Assembly (NCBI GenBank): GCA_943372155.1
Contig: CALRXP010000002.1
Location: 1 to 32,612, forward strand
Reading direction: 5' to 3'
Source of the DNA: Candidatus Endomicrobiellum trichonymphae
GTDB lineage: Bacteria > Elusimicrobiota > Elusimicrobia > UBA1565 > UBA9628
Length of the DNA: 32,612 nt
Made by a program: the position numbers and the translations under genes. Under the pieces are notes generated by a model that worked only from the letters and a program-made list of their open reading frames with translations, made no database searches and was not told where the DNA came from. The number at the start of each line of letters is the position of its first letter. The stretch's first letter is position 1. This document shows, piece by piece, positions 23,338 through 32,612 of this stretch.

Positions 23338-23857
23338 TCATGTAGGCGAGAGTTTTGAGGCCGTCCATGCGGTCGAGGTAAACGAGGCCGTTGAGGTGGT
23401 CGGTCTCGTGCTGGACGACGCGGGCCGGGAAGCCCTCGTAGATTTTCTTGAACGGCTTGCCGTCGAGGCCGTGGCCGGAAAGCTCGAGCTTGGCGTGGCG
23501 GCGGACCATGCCGCGAAGGTCGGGCACGGAAAGGCAGCCCTCCCAGTCTTCCTCGAACTCGTCGCCGATAGGCTTGATGACGGGATTGAAGACGACGGTG
23601 AGCGCGATGCCGTCGGGGTGACGCTTGGTGCCCTTGGGCAGGCCCATCACGAAGACGGACAAATCCTCGCCCACCTGGTTGCCGGCGATGCCGACGCCGT
23701 CGTACTCGTCCATGGTGACGGCCATCTCCTCGATGAGGCGGCGCATCTCCTCGGAGCGGATCTCCTCGGGCTTGAGCTTACGCAAGATCTTGCGCAAGAC
23801 GGGGTTGCCAAGCTGAGTGACTTTCCGGATGCCGGGGCCGACGATTCGAGCGGTCAT
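23315..23857 (-). CDS. def: Peptide deformylase
   Basis: Lies within track ORF 23315..24142. The real start is ATG 23857 (MTARIVGPGIRKV...). Motifs GVGIAGNQVG, EGCLSVP and HETDHLNG. Confidence 0.9.
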   Translation of the reverse strand: MTARIVGPGIRKVTQLGNPVLRKILRKLKPEEIRSEEMRRLIEEMAVTMDEYDGVGIAGNQVGEDLSVFVMGLPKGTKRHPDGIALTVVFNPVIKPIGDEFEEDWEGCLSVPDLRGMVRRHAKLELSGHGLDGKPFKKIYEGFPARVVQHETDHLNGLVYLDRMDGLKTLAYMSEMGKRG

Positions 23858-23911
23858 GAGGGCATTTTGCCATATCCGCGGGCGGCCGGAAAACGATACC
23901 ATCGCTGTCCC

Positions 23912-25003
23912 ATGGGTCAACGCGTCGTCGTGAAGGTCGGTTCGGGCGTTTTGTCGGGCGGGGGAGAGGGCCTCAGCGCGGCGACCTTGCGCCGCCTCGC
24001 GGCGGAGATCGCGAAGGCTCGCTCGGCGGGCGACGAAATCGTGCTGGTCTCCTCCGGCGCCATTCTCGCGGGGCGCGAACGCCTCAAGCTCGAGACGCGG
24101 CCCAGCGTCCAGCTCAAGCAGGCGGCGGCGGCCGTGGGGCAAAGCCGGCTAATGCGCGCGTGGGAAGCCGCGTTCGCGCGTCCGAAGATCACGGTCGCGC
24201 AGGTTCTGCTCTCCGGCGACGATCTGCACCACCGCGAGCGCTACCTCAACGCGCGCAATACCTTGCTGACCTTGCTGCGGCTGGGCGTCGTGCCGATCGT
24301 CAACGAGAACGACACGGTCGCGGTCGAGGAGATCAAATTCGGCGACAACGACGGACTGTCGGCGCTCGTCGCGGGACTCGTGGACGCGAACTTGCTCGTG
24401 CTGCTGACCGATCAGGATGGGCTGTATACCGACGACCCTCGCTCGAACCCTGACGCGACCTTGATCACGGAGGTGCGCCCCGGGGAGAAGCCCGCGCGCA
24501 TCGGCAAGGCGGGGCCGTGGGGGACCGGCGGCATGGGCTCCAAAGTAAAGGCGGCGAGCCAGGCGGCGGAAGGCGGGGTGCGGGCGGTCGTTGCCAACGG
24601 CACGAAGGCGGGAATTCTGTCGGCCGTGTTGAACGGCGGCGGCGTGGGAACCCGATTTTTGGCGGAAGACAAGCCGCTGGCGAAGAGACGGCAGTGGCTG
24701 GCGTTCGCGTCTCATCCGAAGGGGCGCATCATCGTGGACGCGGGCGCGCGGGAAGCGCTCACGGCCAAGCCGCGCAGCCTCCTCGCCTCGGGGATTAAGG
24801 GCGTGAGCGGCTCGTTTGAGCCGGGCGACGTCGTGAGCCTCGTCGAGGGCGGGACGGAGTTCGCGCGGGGCCTGACGAACTTCAGCTCGCGTGACCTCGA
24901 GAAGATCAAAGGGCTGAAAACCTCTCAGATTGAGGCGGTGCTGGGTAATAAGCCGGCGGATGAGGTCGTGCATCGGGACAATTTGGCGGTATTAAAAAAA
25001 TGA
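23912..25003 (+). CDS. proB: Glutamate 5-kinase (with C-terminal PUA domain)
   Basis: Lies within track ORF 23276..25003, whose first 212 codons are antisense to def. The real start is ATG 23912 (MGQRVVVKVGSGVL...VLVSSGAI...NENDTVAVEEIKFGDND). Confidence 0.95.
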   Translation: MGQRVVVKVGSGVLSGGGEGLSAATLRRLAAEIAKARSAGDEIVLVSSGAILAGRERLKLETRPSVQLKQAAAAVGQSRLMRAWEAAFARPKITVAQVLLSGDDLHHRERYLNARNTLLTLLRLGVVPIVNENDTVAVEEIKFGDNDGLSALVAGLVDANLLVLLTDQDGLYTDDPRSNPDATLITEVRPGEKPARIGKAGPWGTGGMGSKVKAASQAAEGGVRAVVANGTKAGILSAVLNGGGVGTRFLAEDKPLAKRRQWLAFASHPKGRIIVDAGAREALTAKPRSLLASGIKGVSGSFEPGDVVSLVEGGTEFARGLTNFSSRDLEKIKGLKTSQIEAVLGNKPADEVVHRDNLAVLKK

Positions 25004-26250
25004 ACGTGAAGAAGATGGCGCTCGAGGCGAGGACAGCGTCGAGGGTGCTCGCGCGCGCATCCACCTCCCTCAAAAATAAGGCCCTGCTCGAAATGGCCAA
25101 GGCGCTACGCCGCCGCGCGGGACGAATTTTAACGGCGAACGGAAGGGAACTCGCGGCGGTGAGAAAGACGGCCCGGAGCGCCGCCTTTATCGAGAGAATG
25201 ACTTTGAACGGCAAACGGATTGAGAATATCGCGTTGGCCCTAGAACACGTGGCACGGCTTCCGGACCCGGTGGGCAGGACAACGGAATTTGCGCGGCGGC
25301 CGAATGGACTTAACATCAAACGGATGAGAGTGCCTCTTGGTGTTGTGGCCATCATCTATGAATCCCGCCCCGGAGTGACGGCCGACGCGGCGGGATTGTG
25401 CATTAAGTCCGGCAATGCGGCGATACTTCGCGGCGGCAAGGAAACGGTGCTGACCAATGCCGTGATCGCGGACGCTTTGCGCGAAGGCCTGAAGAAGGCG
25501 GGATTGCCGCCGGGGTCGGTGGGATTCGTGAACGATCCGGACAGAGCGGCGGTGCGGGAACTGCTTCAGCTCGATACGCTGATCGATCTCGTGATTCCGC
25601 GCGGCGGGCCGGAGCTGACGACTGCGGTACGGCATGAGTCGCTCATTCCCGTGCTGGCGCATGACAAAGGTCTCTGTCATACGTATATCGACGAGAAGGC
25701 CGATCTTGCGATGGCCTTGGAGATCGCATTCAACGCGAAGGCGGAGCGGCCGGGGGTTTGCAACGCGATGGAAACCCTTTTGGTGCATGAGAAGGTCGCG
25801 AAACAGTTCTTGCCGATCATGGCGGCGAAGTATCACGCCGCCGGAGTCGAGCTGAGGGGCGATCCGAAAACGAAACGGATTTTGCCGGGGATCAAAACGG
25901 CGACGAGCGCGGATTGGGATACGGAATATCTGGCGCTGATCCTGTCGGTGAAGGTCGTGAAGAATATGGACGAAGCCATCGAGCATATCGCGCGTCACGG
26001 CTCGGGGCTCGCGGAGGCCATCGTCACGACGGACAAGAAGCGCGCGGCCAGATTTTTGAGGGAAGTGGATGCGGGCGCGGTGTATCACAACGCGTCGACC
26101 CGATTTACCGATGGCGGAGAGTTCGGCCTGGGCGCGGAGATGGGAATCAGCACGCAGAAGCTGCACGCGCGAGGCCCCGTCGCGTTGGAGGGGCTGACGT
26201 GCGAGAAGTTCATCGTCCACGGCAAAGGCCAAGTCCGATGCTCGAGCTGA
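25000..26250 (+). CDS. proA: Glutamate-5-semialdehyde dehydrogenase (gamma-glutamyl phosphate reductase)
   Basis: 416 aa. ATGA overlap with proB. Motifs RVPLGVVAIIYESRP, CNAMETLLVH and NASTRFTDG. Confidence 0.95.
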   Translation: MNVKKMALEARTASRVLARASTSLKNKALLEMAKALRRRAGRILTANGRELAAVRKTARSAAFIERMTLNGKRIENIALALEHVARLPDPVGRTTEFARRPNGLNIKRMRVPLGVVAIIYESRPGVTADAAGLCIKSGNAAILRGGKETVLTNAVIADALREGLKKAGLPPGSVGFVNDPDRAAVRELLQLDTLIDLVIPRGGPELTTAVRHESLIPVLAHDKGLCHTYIDEKADLAMALEIAFNAKAERPGVCNAMETLLVHEKVAKQFLPIMAAKYHAAGVELRGDPKTKRILPGIKTATSADWDTEYLALILSVKVVKNMDEAIEHIARHGSGLAEAIVTTDKKRAARFLREVDAGAVYHNASTRFTDGGEFGLGAEMGISTQKLHARGPVALEGLTCEKFIVHGKGQVRCSS

Positions 26251-27047
26251 AAGGGACGACGGCCCTCATCACGGGCGGGGCGGGGGGGCTGGGGTTTGCA
26301 ACCGCGCTTGTCCTCGGGAGAGAAGGGATGCACGTTGCGCTGTGGGATCTCAACGGCGAACGGATTGAGAAGTGCATAGCGGAACTGCGCGCTGCGGGCG
26401 TAACGGCAAAAGGATGGGCGCTCGATGTGACGGACCCAACGGCTGTTCGCGCGGGGGCCCTTCAGGTTGAGCGCGAGCTCGGACCTGTATTTCTCCTTAA
26501 CAACAACGCGGGCGTGCACACACCCGGCGACTTTCTCGAATCAACGGATGAGGTCATCAAACGACAGGTCGAGGTGAACCTCAACTCATATTTTTGGTGC
26601 GCCAAGGCCTTCGTGCCCGGCATGGTGAAACGGAACGAAGGACATATCGTCATGATCGCCTCCGCGGCCGGCCTCCTGGGAGTTCCCGGTATGACGGCCT
26701 ACAGCGCGACCAAGCATGCGGTGGTCGGATTCGCCGAGTCTTTGAGGCTGGAGCTTCGCCGCGGCGGGGCCGCGGCGGTTGGCGTGACGATCGTCTGTCC
26801 GAGCTTTATCGACACCGGAATGTTTCCGAACACGACGCCGCCGCTGTTTACGCCTTGGCTCAAGCCGGAGGCGTTGGCCGAGAAAATAGTATCGGCCGTC
26901 AAAGCGCGACGTCTTTATGTTCGCGAACCTTCGATGGTGAAGCTCATCCCTCTCCTCAAAGCTCTGCCGCGATTTATGAGTGACGCGCTGTGCTCCCTCA
27001 CCGGAATGGACCGTTCGTTGCAGGGTCCTCCGCCCAAAAAACCCTGA
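26238..27047 (+). CDS. Short-chain dehydrogenase/reductase (SDR) family oxidoreductase
   Basis: Lies within track ORF 25914..27047. The real start is ATG 26238 (MLELKGTTALITGGAGGLG). Motifs NNAG and YSATK. Confidence 0.85.
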   Translation: MLELKGTTALITGGAGGLGFATALVLGREGMHVALWDLNGERIEKCIAELRAAGVTAKGWALDVTDPTAVRAGALQVERELGPVFLLNNNAGVHTPGDFLESTDEVIKRQVEVNLNSYFWCAKAFVPGMVKRNEGHIVMIASAAGLLGVPGMTAYSATKHAVVGFAESLRLELRRGGAAAVGVTIVCPSFIDTGMFPNTTPPLFTPWLKPEALAEKIVSAVKARRLYVREPSMVKLIPLLKALPRFMSDALCSLTGMDRSLQGPPPKKP

Positions 27048-27059
27048 CGTAATTGGGCC

Positions 27060-27088
27060 TTGACGCTCTCAGGATTCGGGGTTAAAGT
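27060..27088 (+). promoter_or_regulatory. Putative sigma70-type promoter upstream of the SseB-like gene
   Basis: TTGACG (27060-27065), 17-nt spacer, TAAAGT (27083-27088). Only 9 nt separate the -10 from ATG 27098. Confidence 0.3.
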
Positions 27089-27097
27089 GGGGATAAG

Positions 27098-28150
27098 ATG
27101 GTTGAAAATCTCGAGCACCTCATACGGCGCGCCGCCCTGAACCCGCGTCTTCCGCGCACGGCTCTATATAAGGAGCTTCTGCGTTCGGAGACGTATCTTC
27201 TGACCGTCGACACCCCGCTCGCTGAAGGCGAAATCAAGCGCGTCACCAAGTCCGACGCCTCCTTCCCGGTCTGGGCGGACAAGGATCCCGAGCTCGGCGG
27301 CGTGTGGGTGCCGGTGTTTCCGGCGCGCGACCGCGTGCGGGATTTCGTGGCGGCGCGCAAGCTGAAGACGCCGCGCGGCAAGGAATTTTTGTGGATGGGG
27401 CACATGCCCGGCCAGGTGTTCAGCCTGCTCAAGGGCGTGCAGCGTTTCGCCGGCATCAAGCTGTTCCTCGATCCGGGCCTGTCGGTCACGGTGCCGTGGA
27501 CCGAGGTGCGCGCATTGGCGGAGGGGAAGATCGCCGACGAGGGCCCCAAGCGCTACGAGCTGCCCTACGACCGCCTGGTGATCCCCGCGGGGGCGCGCCT
27601 GTCCTTCGGCAAGATGAAGCCGTGGCCCGGCGAGGAAAAGCCGGTGCTGATGCTGATGCCCGACGCGGGGAAGTTCGCGCCGGAGGATTTGCGCCGGCTG
27701 GTGCGGCTGCCCCTGGGCGAGAAGCACGCTTGGATGCCGGTCCGCCACTTCTTGCAGATGATGCGCCGCTTGCAGGTGCTGAACGGGGCGGGCGACCGCT
27801 ATCTCGAGGATTTGTTCGCGTCCTTGCTCGCCTTCGAGATGTACGGCGAGGCCGAGGCGCTGTGCGAGTGGTTTGAGGCGCGCGGCCATGAGGCTTATGC
27901 CTGGATCGGCCTGTCGGCGATTTACGGCCGTTGCGCGCGGATGGAGGAGTGCGCCGACGTGTGCCTGCGGGGGCTGGCGAAGTACCCTGAGGAGCGCGCT
28001 TTCCACATCAACGGGATCCGCGCCTTGACGGCCGTGGGGCGCTCTGAAGAGGCCGTACGGCGAGCGGAGGCGGCTGTATTACGCTTCCCCGGTGACGAGG
28101 TTTTGGCCGCTATACGTGCCAAACTCGCCCCTACGGCTGCGGCTCATTAA
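27098..28150 (+). CDS. Hypothetical protein with an SseB-like N-terminal region and a TPR-like helical C-terminus
   Basis: 350 aa. The N-terminus (LIRRAALNP...LYKELLRSETYLL...VWVPVFPARDRVRDF) recalls SseB-family proteins. The C-terminal 100 aa resemble TPR helices. The function call is weak. Confidence 0.5.
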   Translation: MVENLEHLIRRAALNPRLPRTALYKELLRSETYLLTVDTPLAEGEIKRVTKSDASFPVWADKDPELGGVWVPVFPARDRVRDFVAARKLKTPRGKEFLWMGHMPGQVFSLLKGVQRFAGIKLFLDPGLSVTVPWTEVRALAEGKIADEGPKRYELPYDRLVIPAGARLSFGKMKPWPGEEKPVLMLMPDAGKFAPEDLRRLVRLPLGEKHAWMPVRHFLQMMRRLQVLNGAGDRYLEDLFASLLAFEMYGEAEALCEWFEARGHEAYAWIGLSAIYGRCARMEECADVCLRGLAKYPEERAFHINGIRALTAVGRSEEAVRRAEAAVLRFPGDEVLAAIRAKLAPTAAAH

Positions 28151-28196
28151 AACCCGGTAAAGACCGTAAAAATAGGGTGAAAACCGTATTTCCCTC

Positions 28197-28225
28197 TTGC
28201 GCACGGGCGGCCCGCGCCCTACACT
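28197..28225 (+). promoter_or_regulatory. Putative sigma70-type promoter
   Basis: TTGCGC (28197-28202), 17-nt spacer, TACACT (28220-28225), followed by an AGGAGG Shine-Dalgarno sequence 7 nt before ATG 28250. Confidence 0.35.
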
Positions 28226-28249
28226 GAGGGGGACTCAGGAGGAAGGGTT

Positions 28250-29025
28250 ATGAGCGATCAAAGCAAGTCCAATTTCCAGGCGTTCGGCGCGGGCCTTCTC
28301 GGCTTCGTCGCCGTCATGGCTGTCGGAGGCGGGGCTTTGATGGTTCATAATTCCCAGCAGGCCAAGTCCTCGGCCAAGCCCGCCGCGGCGGCCGCCCCGA
28401 TCGATATCGGCTCTTCCGCCCCTCGACCCATGATGACTTCGCCTGCGGCCCAGAAGGAGGCTCGCGCGCAATCGCCCGCGCCGTTGATGGGCGCCGATGC
28501 GGAGTCCGAGGCTTCCACCGAAGCGCCGTCCTCCGCCGCGTCCGCCGCTACGCCTGCCGCCGCGCCGTCTGCGGCCGCGTCGTCGCAGGCCGCCGCGAAG
28601 ACCAAATCCGCCGCACCCAGCCTGGAGCCGACTCAGCATGTGGACATGAGCGGACACCGTTCCACTGCGGAGGCGATCGTTAAGAACACGCTCGTGCCGA
28701 AGAAGGAGCATAAGGGGCTCGCCAAGAAGTCCTCAGCCGTTGAGGCGACCGCGGTGGCGCCGACGTCTCTGGCGTCCGTGCACTACGGCGTGACCAGCCG
28801 CAACGAGTTGATGGGCCGCGCGGCCGGCCCGGTTTACAACGTCAAGGGCGGCGCCACTAAGGGGGCACCCCCCGCGAACGGAAAAATGGCGAACGACACG
28901 AGCGCGAGCATCGCGGACCTGCAGAGCCAGCTCGAAAAGGCCGGGTTACCTGCGGACCAGCGCGCCATCATACTTAAGCAGCTCGAAAGCGCCAATAAGA
29001 CCGTCGCCGACGCCGATAAGGCCGC

Positions 29026-29032
<7 letters not shown>
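28250..29032 (+). CDS. Membrane-anchored Ala/Ser/Pro-rich low-complexity protein (hypothetical)
   Basis: 260 aa. Strong Shine-Dalgarno sequence. N-terminal TM helix FGAGLLGFVAVMAVGGGALMV, then an A/S/P-rich linker and a small C-terminal region. Confidence 0.55.
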
Positions 29033-31934
<2,902 letters not shown>

Positions 31935-31938
<4 letters not shown>

Positions 31939-32612
31939 TGCTTCTCCTGAGAGGGGTCCGGCTCCGGCTTGGGCTTCTTGACCGGCTTGGGCGCCTTGGG
32001 AGGCTTCGGCGGATCGGGCGGCAGCTTGATCGCGGGGCCGGCCTGGATGGCCGACCAGGTGTAGTGGTTCTGCGCGTTCCAGAGAATCCAGCCGCGCACC
32101 CCGAGCTCCTCGGTCGCAAGAATCTGCGCGCGCACGTGAGCGGGCGTGTAGCGCACGCCCATCGAGAAGTCCTGGAGATACGGGCGCATGGCGGCGGTCC
32201 GGGAGCCGAGCCGGTCGAGGGCGTCCTTCGTGCCGTGATGGATCGTCTCGTAGGGCGCGTGATTAGGATTTTTCAGGCCGTACTCGCCGTGGGCGTAGTG
32301 CGACGGGTACATCATGGGAGAGACATAGTCCACGAGATCAGCCATCTGATCCATGGTCTGTCCGATACCCATGCCGTTGTCCACGCTCGTGGTGAGGCCG
32401 AAGGTATCGATGGAGAGCTTGACCCCCAGCGGCCGGAGGCGGGCTGAGGCGAGCGTCAGGAACTCGCGCAGGGCGGCGGAGGCGGTCGCGGGAGAGTGAT
32501 CCTTGCGCGAGTAGCGGCACTGGCGGGTCTTGCCGTCGGAGGGGAAGCGGATATAGTCGAACTGGATCTCGTCGAAGCCCGCGAGCGCGGCGCGGGATGC
32601 GATGTCGATCAC
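31935..32612 (-). CDS. Putative glycoside hydrolase-like protein (DUF4015-like), C-terminal 225 codons with a Pro/Lys-rich tail; 5' end beyond the right window edge
   Basis: FDEIQFDYIRFP...YVSPMMYPSHY...GWILWN pattern, then PPDPPKPPKAPKPVKKPKPEPDP. ATGA overlap with the M16 peptidase start. The family call is from memory and tentative. Confidence 0.55.

Overview
High-GC (hand-counted lines about 65-72% GC) bacterial chromosomal segment. It is densely packed with housekeeping genes, and many neighbours share overlapping stop/start codons. Minus strand, left part: hrpB (partial), a radical-SAM/Cys-rich protein plus a GT2 transferase, a VOC protein, a HIBADH-type dehydrogenase and two hypotheticals. 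Plus strand, centre: HNH endonuclease, nnrD, tsaE, tsaB, rimI, a large TPR protein, ispE, spoVG, tRNA-Gln(UUG), glmU, prs, rplY/ctc, pth, a small membrane protein and a TldD/PmbA peptidase. Then on the minus strand: def, an ABC ATPase, two ABC-2 permeases and a PilZ gene. Then proB, proA, an SDR, an SseB-like protein and an Ala/Ser-rich membrane protein on the plus strand, followed by a 970-aa M16 peptidase and a partial DUF4015-like glycoside-hydrolase gene on the minus strand. The main anomaly is a roughly 2.4-kb lower-GC island (about 6040-8440) with no integrase or transposase. It carries (i) a translationally coupled three-gene cassette encoding an uncharacterised Abi/HEPN-like protein, a GNAT acetyltransferase and a minimal GIY-YIG nuclease, bounded by a perfect 9-bp inverted repeat, and (ii) a mazEF toxin-antitoxin pair. 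The island also has structured non-coding DNA, repeated motifs and an apparent truncated host gene at its left edge. I regard the three-gene cassette as the best candidate for an undescribed defence/addiction module. Other observations: about 40-bp inverted repeats bracketing the PilZ gene, the spoVG 3' end overlapping the tRNA-Gln, and a radical-SAM/GT2 pair coupled to hrpB. All protein calls rest on motifs I recognise by eye in the supplied translations or my own. No database search was run. Many long ORFs in the track are GC-driven antisense or out-of-frame artefacts and were discarded.
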